Assembly: GCA_002269645.1 (NCBI GenBank)
Contig: NIVC01004203.1
Coordinates: forward strand, 1 to 55,418
Source: Macrostomum lignano
Lineage: Eukaryota
Direction: 5' to 3'
DNA: 55,418 nt
A model generated the notes under the pieces. It did not search any database. It worked only from the letters and a program-made list of their open reading frames with translations, and was not told where the DNA came from. How positions within the stretch are numbered: the stretch's first letter is position 1; the number at the start of each line of letters is the position of its first letter. Below, one piece after another: positions 1 to 11,554 of this stretch. The position numbers and the translations under genes were made by a program.

Positions 1-4
1 AATC

Positions 5-270
5 TTGGCAAGCAAAGTTCCTGCAAGCAAACTTGGCAAGCTTATGTGCAGCAAGCAAATTTCCAGCAAGCAAAGCTCGGTAAGCAAACTTTGGCAGGCA
101 AAATTCCGCAAGCAAAATTCTGCAAGCAAAGTTTGGCAAGCAAAGTTTGGCAAGCAAAATTTGGCAAGCAAAAGGCAGACAAAGTTTGGCAAGCAGACTT
201 TGGCAAGCAAATTTCTGCAAGCAAAAGTCCTGCAAGCAAACTTTGGCAAGCAAACTTCTTGCAAGCAAAT
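5..270. repeat. Degenerate tandem repeat (GCAAGCAAA core, ~14-15 bp unit)
   Basis: Repeated gcaagcaaa/ttggcaag motifs; accounts for ORFs 5..277, 42..434 and 46..318. Confidence 0.85.
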
Positions 271-699
271 TTCATAGACCCCTGGGTGGATAGGCCTAAC
301 TTTTTGGTTGGCCTATAATAAGCTTTAAATAAGCCAAAAATTGCAATACTCCCCCTTATATGCAAGTTCAGCCATGGCAAAAGAGGGAGACAACCCTCTG
401 CCCTCTTTTTGGATCCACTACTATATAAAGTCAAAATAGCTTTGCAATGGATTTAAATTTTAATAGGTTAAATTTATTACCATTTAAATTTTAGGCTTAA
501 CAAGTGGAACTCCTCCTTCGGAGGAGAAAGGGGAAGAACTCCCATCACCGGAATTCCATTCCCTGAATTATCCATCAACTGAAATTCCATGTCTTGAATC
601 CCATCTTCCAAATTGTCTCCAAATTCTTTACAAACCTTTCAAAGACCATAGCTCAAAGACACTTACGTCTCTCATATCTACTCTCTCCTCTCTTCGCTA

Positions 700-1780
700 T
701 TATCGTGACTCGCTTCTCTCTCTCTCTCTCTCATCTCATCTCTACCCCTACTCTCTTATTTATCTCTACTCCCTTATTTATCTCTTCTCCCTCGTCTTTC
801 GTCTTTCTCTTCTCCTCTCCTGTCTACTCTCCTATCTTCTATCTTATCTCTCCCCTTTTTTCTCCTCTCTCATATCTCATCTCTAATCACTTATCTATCG
901 TCTCCGCTCTACTTTCTCTCTTCCCTTTTCTCTCTTCTCTCTGCTCTCATTTCTCGTATCTCTTATACGCTCTCAACCTCTCCTTTCTTATCTCCCATTT
1001 TTCTTCCTTCCTTTCTACTGCATCACCTGTCTCTCTCCTCTCTTTTCTCTCCTCTCCATTCTCTCTTCTCTCCTCTCATCTCCCCTCATCTCTTCTCTAA
1101 TCTCTAATCTCTTCTCTCTCTTATTTTCTCACTCATCTCTTTCTCATTGCATCTCTCATCTCTCCTCTCTCTCTCCTCTCATCTGTACTATCTTATTTAT
1201 CTCTTCTCCCAGGTCTTTCAAATTTACTCTCTCCTGTCTCCTCTCTCCCCTCGTCTTTCCTCTCTCATATCTCTTCTCTACTCACTTATCTATTCTCTCT
1301 CCTCTGCTCCCCTTTTACACTTTCCTATATGCTCTCACTCTCACCCTCCCCTTTCTTATCTGCTGTTTTTACACTCCTTTCTACCACCTGTCTCCTCTCG
1401 TTTCTCTCTTCTCTGCACTCTCATCTTTACCCTCTTCTTTCTCCTCACTACTTTCTTCTCTTAAATCTCTGATCTCTGATCTTTCATCTCTCTCCTCTCA
1501 CCTCTCACCTCTCTCCTCTCTTTCCTCTCTTCTATTGCCTCTGTACGCTCTTATCCCTCCTTTCTTCTCTCTCCTGTCTCCTCTCTGCTATCTCATATCT
1601 CCTCTCTCATATCCTCTCCCTTCATCTCCTCTCTCCTCTTCTCTTCTCTCTCCTTCGTTCCCGCCTTACTCCCCTCTTCTCTCCCATCTGTCATGTCTAA
1701 TTTTCTACTCATTTCTACTCTGTTTTCTATCATCTCATCTCTCTTCTCTTTTCATTCTTCTCTTTACTCTTTTCTCTGAC
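700..1780. repeat. CT-rich low-complexity tract
   Basis: Almost entirely pyrimidines on the + strand; the L/S/F-rich ORFs here are compositional artefacts. Confidence 0.9.
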
Positions 1781-2004
1781 TGATTGAAGATGCCAAATCT
1801 ATCAAGATCTTCTCCGCGAAGCAGAAATCCTGTCCGTGAAGCTGAACATCAGCGAAATCCTCTCCGTGAAACTGAACACCATCGAAATCCTCTCCACGAA
1901 ACAGAAATCCTCTCCGTCAAAATTAAAACATTGAAATTGTCTCCGCTAAACTGGACTCAATCGAATTTTTTCCGTCAAACAACTCAACTCTCCAGATTCA
2001 TTGG

Positions 2005-2031
2005 TTAGGTTAGGGTTAGGGTTAGGGTTAG
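2005..2031 (+). repeat. Short interstitial telomere-type repeat (TTAGGG)n
   Basis: ttagg ttaggg ttaggg ttaggg ttag. Confidence 0.8.
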
Positions 2032-3253
2032 AACTACGCACAGGTTCGTGTTAAAAGGCACTGATAAAAATATTGAACTAATTGAATCAATTCATTGCGC
2101 AACTGATTTCACAGTCAGTCAGTCAATCTAAATCAACCCTCCAATACACAGCAGCAGTGAGAAGTTGAACCCTCCCCCCAACTTTATCTATTACGTCTCG
2201 CAAAACTGATTACAATTTTTGCAAAAAGTTAAAAGTATGGGAATAATTTTCCCAATGAAAACTTTTAGTTTTCATATATAAAGCAAACAACTTATATCCT
2301 CGAACTCTGCGTTGCAAGATCTTTCCAGCAATATAAGTTTCTCCTCTCAAAGTTTAAAACTCGAGGAACAGTTAGCGTTTGAAATTTACCGATCTCCCGA
2401 CTGCTTGCTAGAGAAGCTCGCAATTCATTGAATTTCACTGCTAAGCTAATACACAGGGATGCCTATGGAGAAAAAAGGCGCCAATAATAAAACCAATTGA
2501 ATCTCGACACAGTCCTGATTCCTATCTATCTGTTTACACTGTACAACTGCTATGTACACTCAGCCCAAGCCCAACCCCCCGTTCTGGGGGAAGCATTAAA
2601 TTTAACTGAACCCCCCCAACACGCGGGGGGTTTTATTTCCACTCGCACCCACCACCCCTCAATACACAGCGGCCCGCGGGCGGAGGTTGGGGTGGCTATT
2701 TTTAAAAACTGGCTGCAGCCCCAGGCAGAGTGGCCAAAGAAGGTTATTAGGGGTTTAAAAAGCAGTTTTCTGCTTTTTTAGGGATGTTAAAATGTGAAAA
2801 TTAAAAATTAAAATAGCCTAAAGCCTGCTCCGGAAAATTTGCAGTTTTCCCATATAAGTTTCAACGCTGACTTGGCAGAATTGTAGGAGTTCACTTGCAA
2901 CACACAAACATCGCGTCAGGTTTAGTATTAGGATGGCAATATACTTTAATGTAAGTATTAAATTGCAATTATTTCCATAAATATATTAACTTGAAAAACA
3001 AACTTTTAGTTTTATGAAAACATAGGTTCATCTAGATTTTAAGTATGATAATATTTATACTTAAATACCTTTTCTTTATAAAGGTTTAAGACTAGTAATA
3101 AGCTTCAAACTTATCTATATATTTTAATTTTATATTAATTTAAGCCAAGGTGTCAATTGCATGCCAGAATGCAATTCCTAGTTTAGTTAGACCTAAGTAA
3201 ATACATAAGATTTTATACCAAAAAGGTAACAATTCCCTAATAAAATATATACC

Positions 3254-4379
3254 TAGGGGTCTTAAATCCCAGACATTTTACAATCCTGAGATCCTAGACA
3301 AAAAATTGACCCAATCCTGGGATCCCGGGCCAATCCTGGGATTGAACAAACACACTTACAAGAAGCTTTCCATTGTCCACAAAACAATTTCTCAACCAAT
3401 TTGAGCATCATTTGGGTTTCTACTTTCTATTTCTAGCTTATATAAGAACTGCATTGATAAAATAGTTGAAGTTAGTTGTTAGTTGTATTTTTTTTATTAG
3501 AGGCAGGGGGGTTATGTGCACCCTGGTGCACTTTAAGCAACATAGGCACACAACCGGTGAGAGGCATTACTGCTCATTCCGCCGACTCCCCTGAGCAGGC
3601 ATACAAGCGCGCGGATACATATGCAGGCACACACTCACATGGGAGTGTACAATGGCCCTAACTATCCTTAGGCATGTATACTTCACTGCGCCTTGGGGGG
3701 TTGGCTCTCAAGGCCATTAATTGCACAAGTAGAGCCAAGCCGAGATTCCAATTTAGCCCCAAATTAATGTGACTGCACTTGGAATTGAGCCTGAATCGCT
3801 GGCACACCAGAGCAGCTGCGCTACCGCTGGGCTACAGCCCCCCCCCCTATTGTTAGTTGTTGATATATACTAAACTATACCCTCTTCCCTTGGATTAGCA
3901 CTATATATATTGCACTAATGCCTCTTTCTGCCCCTAACATAGGCCATATCACACACATACAGAGACTCAGACTCAGAACTCAGTCTGTACCGGCATATCC
4001 CATGCCCTTTTTTCACTTTCCCTTCCTTAACTGTGCCTGCACACTGCAGCAGGGTCTGGGCTAGTAGGCCCAGTGTCTAGGCCATTGCCACTTAGACAAT
4101 TAGAGTCTTAGAACCTCTTAGAAGATTAGAACCAAACCCCTTAGTCTAGTGATTAGTAGTGCTTGATACAGTTGATTAATAGTCTACTGTCTTTTATTCT
4201 ATAACTTTATTCTCAATCTCAGGATACAAAAATTCTCTCAAAACTGTAATGTGCTAACTGCAAGATGAAAAATATTCATTTTTGTAAAGTGTAAATTCCA
4301 ATCCCATGTTTATTGGGATCCCAAACCCCAGGATCCCGAACACTAACAAAAAGCTAAGATCCCAGGATTGGGACCCCTA
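3254..4379. mobile_element. Non-autonomous hAT-type DNA transposon (MITE) containing a nested SINE
   Basis: 8-bp TIR TAGGGGTC (3254-3261) / GACCCCTA (4372-4379); 8-bp TSD TATATACC (3246-3253 and 4380-4387); subterminal aatcc/gggat repeats at both ends; no ORF. Confidence 0.65.
3487..3849 (-). mobile_element. tRNA-derived SINE, copy 1
   Basis: Minus-strand head with A-box TAGCCCAGCGG and B-box-like GGCTCAATTCC; AATAAA tail; flanking direct repeat TTGTTAGTTGT (3476-3486, 3850-3860); homologous over its length to 12071-12420. Confidence 0.75.
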
Positions 4380-6269
4380 TATATACCAAAATTTAGGCCT
4401 ATCCAAAGAAGGTAATTTGACTTTGTAAGTAAATTAAAATTATTACCTTATTTTTAGCAATTAGTTTTCATTATAATAATCTTAAGAAATATAAATTATT
4501 ATTGACTTTTTTATTAAGGATTACATAGGCCTATAAGATAAATTATATCTTGTAATTTTATCTAAAAATGCTAGCCAAATAACATTATAATTTTTAGGTT
4601 AAATTTATCTATAGTGTAGACCTACTCTAAAATTTATTTGCATTTTTTATTCACTAGGCCTAAAATTTGTATACCAGATACATATATTGATTGGGACTTA
4701 GAAAAGAAATTGGTCCCACCTACCTACCTGTTATAAAATCATTATAACAAACTAGACCTAAAAAACCTGGTTAAAAAAACAAAAAAAGAATTTTCTATGA
4801 AAATGAAATATAATAAAAGTTAGAAATCCACTATAAACAAATAATAATATTAGGAAATACTCAGAAGAGTGTCCTAATTAGGAAAAATTAGGAAATATTA
4901 TTAGGAAATATTTGTTCAGCATATTCTTCTTGAACATTATTTCTTGCTAGACTCTAGTTGAAAATTTTCTTTTTTGCACTTACTCTTCAATTGCCAATTT
5001 CTCAACATAACAGAAGGTTGAAAAAGGTCGTGGCCACCGCCCCCTCTTTTGCAGTGGCTGAACTTGCATATAAGGGGTATTGTAATTTTGGGCTGATTTG
5101 GGGCTTATTTAGGTCCAACCCAAAAAGTTGGTTCTATCCCTTACTTTTCTACTTTTTTGGATTTTGGATTTTGGATTCAAATTTTTGTATCTACCAGTGC
5201 CCATATATTTTCTATGTATGCGATGCGATTTTTACTGATATAGAGCGTTCTACGTATTTTAACGATTATCATCTCATGTGCCACAAGCGTCACGCATAAG
5301 CCATTTGCCGATGTATCATTATTATATGAAAAGAATGCAAGATTGCTTACTTTTACTGGACACTCTAGTACAGTAATTTCTTTATTCAGTCTTTTTGAAC
5401 TTTTGAAATCATTTGTTAAATATTAACAAAATGTAGCATTTGATTGGGAGAAGCAGGCTGTTTAAACGTAAATAAATATAGGCAAGGAAGACGTTTCAAA
5501 AACATTTCTTTGTGATTTGGTCCTATGGCATTGAATGGACACTAAAACTGACAGTTGTTAAAAAATGAAACTAAACCTGGCCAGCACTACCCTGGCAGTA
5601 TGGCCGGCAAAATGCCAAGAGACGAGAGAAACTCTTAAAGAGAAATCAGTAAGGTAGACTTCTACTACTCAAATAACATCTATCTGATTAGCAAATTAAT
5701 AGACTAAATATATGCTCAAACAAGTACATGTACATCATGTATTGAGTAGTTCAGAAACCGCAGAGCTCTCCACCACCTAGAAGAGGCTTCCCGTACATCC
5801 CTCCTGTATACACTGCATATGTATATGTATCGATAGGAATTTGCTTGTACATGTATATTGTGCTCGTAGTGTACATACAGCTGCTATCATTTATAAATAT
5901 GCAAATGATCTGAGAAGCTGCAGCTAGGTCTCTCGCTCTCTCTAAGCCTTTCGAGGATTCATTGAAAGCAATAAAGAACGTACAGCTCGTATGCCTGCTG
6001 CAGCCTGCATCGAAAGATGCGACAAAACAAGCAATGCAGCCAAACCTCATGATTGCATTGTGCTATTTTCATCATTATTGTTCTTTTCTCAGCTGCCACA
6101 CTAAAACTTCTGTCTCTGTCTTCTGCACTTGCATTTACTGTACAGATCAATAAGTCTTTGGCATTCTCGCCCTAGGCTAGCAATTAAACGAGCGTACATC
6201 ACATCACAGCACAGCTCTGCTTGCATTAAATTAACTAAGAAAACTGAATGGACTACTCCAGTGGTTCGT

Positions 6270-6390
6270 GAAGCGTATGTACATGTATGAGTGCGTGTCT
6301 GCGTACATATCCGCGAGTCTGTATGTCACTCAGGAGTCGGCGGAATAGGCAAAATTGCATCAGCTCTGGTTGTCGGACGATGTCGCCTCC
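6270..6390 (+). mobile_element. Degenerate fragment of the same SINE body
   Basis: tgcgtacatatcc...ctcaggagtcggcggaat resembles the SINE core ctcaggggagtcgg(c/t)ggaat. Confidence 0.45.
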
Positions 6391-6819
6391 TGCCACTTAA
6401 TTTATCAGGGGTATATGTCATATGAAAAATTCGGCGAGTATGCTTTATTGGGGTTTCCCAATGACCACTGAGCCGCGTACTCAGCAAAGCTCAAATGTCT
6501 GCCATCCCTTAGCAAGAAATCTTCTCTGCCACTCCTCCTGCACAAGTGCGCAACGAATTCGCTAAAAATTTCGTCAGTAAGCGGACAACTAATTTTTTCC
6601 GTCCTTGATGTCACATCACACAAGAATTGAAAAACTTCAATAGAATTTGCAATGCCTCAAGGAAACACATTGTCACTTTATATCAAGGTTGTAGACTGCT
6701 AGTCAGTTTTAAAAATAATTCAATAGCATTGTGCTCTTGCTGTCTACAGTTTATATAGGCAGCACAGAGAAATATTGAGTCGATAACTGAGTTAAGCACA
6801 GGTACAATTAGAAACTGAC

Positions 6820-7913
6820 ATGGAGATTGTAGTGAAGATTCCCACCGCCATAGAAACTGCCACTGAGGAGCATCGCAATTCGAGGGAGCCCAACTCCGAC
6901 TGCCAAACTCGGTGCAACTGCTTGTTCAAGTGGTTCTTCCTGCCCGGCATTGTCATCATCTACATGTTGCAGTTCGTGCTAGACTGCATTTGCTACACAG
7001 AGATTCTTCCATTCAATTCGACCACCTGTCCCGAAGACCTTTTGCGATATTGCAGCTGCGAGAACGGAAAATGCATTGCCAGCATCAACCACCTGCGCCC
7101 GATCTATGTCTTCTTCCTGGTGATGTCCTCCCTGGTCCTGTTCTGTTTGCTTGTCATCTTTATTATATCCTGCTGCAGCTCCGAGTATCGAGGTGAGCCA
7201 ACTTTCAACTGAGGCAGACAATGTCTCCATGAATTCAATTACGAGCTCACGAGCATCATTGCCAGCATCCTTAAACCCTCTAAGCATGGCATCATTGATA
7301 GAGAAAAAATTAATCAATTTCAGACGTTAATCCAAATTGGACGGGATCGAACACGGAAGCTGCCACCCAAGGTGAGATCTCGTATCTGCCTTCCCTACTA
7401 AGCTCAAACTGAGCTCTATCCCGCTGCTGAACCAAAAAGTCACTGAGTCCAGAGTCAGCAGCTGATAAAGGATCACAGCGCCCTCTAAACGCAGTCCATA
7501 CGTAACCATTCCCCCATCCAGAGATTCCTGGCTACGCGAGAGTCAAATGGATGAGGCTGAACCGCGCAGCCCTGCTGCTCAGTATGCTCATCTCGCTGCT
7601 GCATATCATCCCGCTGAACTCAATCCGAGCTGAGTATCTCGGCACATTCAGAAGGCACCTGCCGCAGGGCAGCCTGGCGAAGCTGGTGCTGCCATCGGTG
7701 AGCAGCATACTGTTCGCCTGCTTCTCCTTCATATTCCGGATTCCGCTCTCCTTCTGTGGCAGCTGCGACCGCTGGGACTGGAGCAGCATTTCAGTGGCGT
7801 CGGTCGCAGCGAGCAGTGCAGACAGGAAAAAACCGTGGCTGGTTGTGCACTACTTCCTGTTCGTGCTGATGCTGGTTGAAATTGTTGTCGCTTTTTTGGC
7901 TCTGCTTCTATGA
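6820..7913 (+). CDS. Orphan multi-pass (~5 TM) membrane protein, copy 1 (divergent; 3 exons, ~270 aa)
   Basis: Exons 6820-7192, 7324-7371 and 7522-7913 joined by phase-1 GT-AG introns (G|gtgagc, tttcag|, G|gtgaga, cccatccag|) give one open frame of 813 nt; homologous to copies 2-5. Confidence 0.7.
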
Positions 7914-8065
7914 GAACTCAGTGTTGATTTCTTATTGAACAGTGCTGTATTGGATCCTTGTTATTGACTTAGAATATGACTGGCAAAATTAACTGCTATA
8001 AACGACAAACTGCTTAACTCATGGTATTTCATTTTCTTGATTTCTCGTCCTTTTGCACCTGTCTT

Positions 8066-8320
8066 TCTCCTCTCCTATCCTCTCCTCTCCTCTCCTCTCC
8101 TCTCCTCTCCTCTCCTCTCCTCTCCTCTCCTCTCCTCTCCTCTCCTCTCCTCTCCTCTCCTCTCCTCTCCTCTCCTCTCCTCTCCTCTCCTCTCCTCTCC
8201 TCTCCTCTCCTCTCCTCTCCTCTCCTCTCCTCTCCTCTCCTCTCCTCTCTCCTCTCCTCTCCTCTCCTCTCCTCTCCTCTCCTCTCCTCTCCTCTCCTCT
8301 CCTCTCCTCTCCTCTCCTCT
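8066..8320. repeat. (TCTCC)n pentanucleotide microsatellite
   Basis: About 50 near-perfect units. Confidence 0.95.
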
Positions 8321-8624
8321 GCGGCAGTTTGATACATCAGAAAACAATTTCTGTGTCCGAGTGTCCCTATTGCAAGAGCATGAAACAGCACTCTGTAAGA
8401 TGCCAACAGCTTTAATAGCATTTTTCCTGTTTTTTTGCAACCCTATGAGTATCTTTCCAGAAATATTTTATCTTCTTGAACGAACTATTTTTAATGAGCG
8501 TACCATATAGAACTAGTTTGATGACTAACTAAAATAATTTTGTCACGGCCTGGCAAACAGTTTTTTTCTAAATTATTTTATTATTTTTGGGCTGACTAAA
8601 TTTGCGAGATGCCACAGTTTGGAT

Positions 8625-9035
8625 GTCAGAAATCATCTAGGTGTCAGAAGCCCCCAGATGTCAGGAGCCCCCAGGTGTCAGGAGCCTCAGGTGTCAGGAG
8701 CCTCAGGTGTCAGGAGCTACAGGATGTCAGGAGCCTCACGTGACCCACAGGTGTCAGGAGCTACAGGATGTCAGGAGCCTCACGTGACCCACAGGTGTCA
8801 GGAGCCCTCAAGTGTCAGGAGCCCCCGTGACAGGAGCCCTAAGTGTCAGGAGCCTCAAGTGTAAGGAGCCCCCAGGTGTCAGGACCTACAGGATGTCAGG
8901 AACCACCAGATGTCAGGAGCGCTTAAGTGTAAGGAGCCCCCAGGTGTCAGGAGACACGCGTGTCAGGAGCCCCCAGGTGTCAGGAGTTCCCCAGGTGTCA
9001 GGAGCCCCCCAGGTGTCAGGAGCACCCAGGTGTCA
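8625..9035. repeat. Degenerate minisatellite (GTGTCAGGAGCCCC core), with a weaker echo at ~9300-9425
   Basis: Repeated tgtcaggagc core. Confidence 0.85.
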
Positions 9036-10003
9036 AGGAGGCTTTTCATATTACCAATTCCAGAATCAGAATCGGTTCGGATCTTCCAAGAAAAACAGCA
9101 GTATAACTATTTAATTCTGTTGAATGTTTGACTGCCTTAACAACCTTACTTAGCACAATTTTTCACTTTATTCTTGGCGATTGTCATTCAATAATAAAAA
9201 CTTTATAGCACGTATCTCCCTAGTTATGGAGACAAAAAGTTATACTTCACACAAATTGGTTCTGGTTCTGGAACCAGAGCAAGCAATATGAAAAGGCCCA
9301 AGAATTCCCCAGGTTTCAGGGATCCTCAGAGCACTCGGGTTTCAGAAGCCCCCAAGTTTCAGGAGCGCCCTACGTGTCAGGAGCCCCCCTCCGGTGTCAA
9401 CACCCCCTTAAGGTGTCAGAAGCGCTAAGCGTCGAATTAGAGCCCAGATACTAAAATATTGGGGCTTAAAAACTGCTTCTTAATGGTAAAATGGCCTTCC
9501 AAGTCCTCAAAGTATTTTTAAGTCCCACATCCAGGGAAAAAGTTTGCCAATGCTCGGAAGACTCGACACGCACACAGCTTGCTTGCATGCACATCGCAGA
9601 TGCTGTGTGCAGCTCGGCATCAATATTGAGCTCACAATAAGCAGTCCGAGTGCCGTACATGGTAGCAATTGCTTCTAAAAGAGCAGTCAGGCAATTTTTT
9701 TCCAAGCCTCTGCAGGTGCCTCTTGGTGTACAATTTAGCTCGTAGTGTGCGATCAGCGCCTCAAGGCTTTGGTTGGGCTTGAAAAAAGATAGTTGCAGAA
9801 AGATTTTCGCGCAAGTGATGCACACAAAGTTCCTTTTTTGCCAGCAAACAGAATGAAACGCCTAAGAATAGCTGCGCCGACTTGCATGCACCGCCCCTAA
9901 GCTCTGTTCTTTATTAGGGAACGGGTTGGGTTATCTAGGAACTAACTGAAAACACCAAGCTTACCAAGCTGCAGTTCAGGTATCAAAAGAAATTCAATTC
10001 ATC

Positions 10004-10891
10004 ATGGAAGTGGCAGCAAAAATGCCTAAAGAAATACAAGATGTTATGAAAGGCGGCAGCAATAAATCCTTTCAAAAACGATTGGGCAGCTGGCTGATCC
10101 TTCCAAGTGCCATGATTTTGTACCTGTCGCAGTTCTTGCTAGATTGCACTGCTGCCTCGGAGCTACAAGCGTTGACCTTTAACACAACGTGTCCTGAGCA
10201 GCTGACGTCTTACTGCTCCTGCACTGGCATAAACTGCACCGCCAATATCATTTATCTATTGCCCCTGTACATTCTGTTTGTAGTGATTGCTGGCATTCTG
10301 CTCATATGCATACTGGTTGTGTTCAGCACCTCCTGCTGCTGTGTGACTACCGCGAGGAAGGTTAGCTGCCTTTTAATTTGAGCTCTGTTACATTTAACTC
10401 TTTTATTACCCTGAAGCATTAAATTTTCAGACGAAAGCAACTCCCGGATCTACGGCGGGAGAATCCCGGCCGCCCCCAGCGAAAGCGACTCTCCGATTAG
10501 CTGCAGAATCCAAGCTGGCGGCAGCGCCCTGCTGCTCAGCCTGCTCATCTCGCTGCTGCACAATATCCCACTGAACGCTCTCCGAGCCCAGTATCTCTAC
10601 GCCTTCAGGAAATTTGTCCCGCTAAGAGGCCTCATCAAGCTGCTGCTACCATCCGCCTGCGCACTTTTGCTCGCCATATTCGCCTTTCTGTTCCGCGTTC
10701 CGTTCTCCTTCTGGGGCTGCTGCAACGATCTCCGCGGCTTCAGCACCACTGGAGTGGTGCGGGATGCCATAGGGAATCCTGGTGACAATGTCCTGCTGTC
10801 GAGGCCGTGGCAAGTCCTGCACTTCTGCCTCATCCTGCTGTCTATCTTTGACTGCCTGTGCGCTCTGCTGCCTCTTGTAATTGGCATCTGA
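10004..10891 (+). pseudogene. Orphan 5-TM family copy 2, frameshifted
   Basis: Exon 1 10004-10360, intron to ttttcag at 10430, exon 2 10431-10891. A 4-nt deletion (GTTC absent versus copies 3 and 5) just before the donor changes the phase from 1 to 0, so exon 2 is read out of frame to an early TGA. Confidence 0.7.
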
Positions 10892-11554
10892 GATGTGGCA
10901 GTTCTCTGAACTCTCGTAGCAAAGTTTATGTACCGTGTTGACAAAAAGACTGATATTCTGCTATTTAATTTCGCACGAAAAGCTTCTGAATTTGTTATAT
11001 TGTAAAATCTGTTTTTAAGCGTGAAAACTTTGTTTTACTATGTTTTACGTTATTGCACTATACGCGAACAAATCGGAAAAAAATTTAAAATAGTATAAAT
11101 ATACTATTTTATAGCTCTTTTGAGCTATAAAATGCCGCTTTAATATGAGTACCGGGAGTACCAGAAGTACGAGAAGTGCCACCAATCTGAGAGCAGACGG
11201 GATTGCTATTGTGGAGTTTCAAAGGACCCAAGAGCCGGATAGGGAGGCTTCACGACCCGTTATGTGTCCCGCGGGCTATGAGTTTACCGACCCTGTAATT
11301 TTATTCCCGAACGTATTTAGCAATTATAGCATTATTGTATTTATGTGCAATACAACAGAGAGTTCAGACTTGGGTAAAGCAATGCGAGACAATTTTTTTT
11401 GTCACACTGAAGCAACTGTGCTTAGCAAATGAAGCCGGGCTCCACCTATTCCTGAATAAATATTGTTTAAGTGCAGTAAGTGAAATAAATAGCTCGTAAA
11501 GCTGAAATTATCGTCTGATTAAACTCAGTGATGTACGGCAGGTCCCAACTGCAA

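Noticed and set aside
6820-7913. Two-ORF operon-like cassette (ORF A + ORF B) repeated several times
   Set aside because: Conserved phase-1 GT-AG junctions join the two ORFs into one reading frame in copies 1, 3 and 5.
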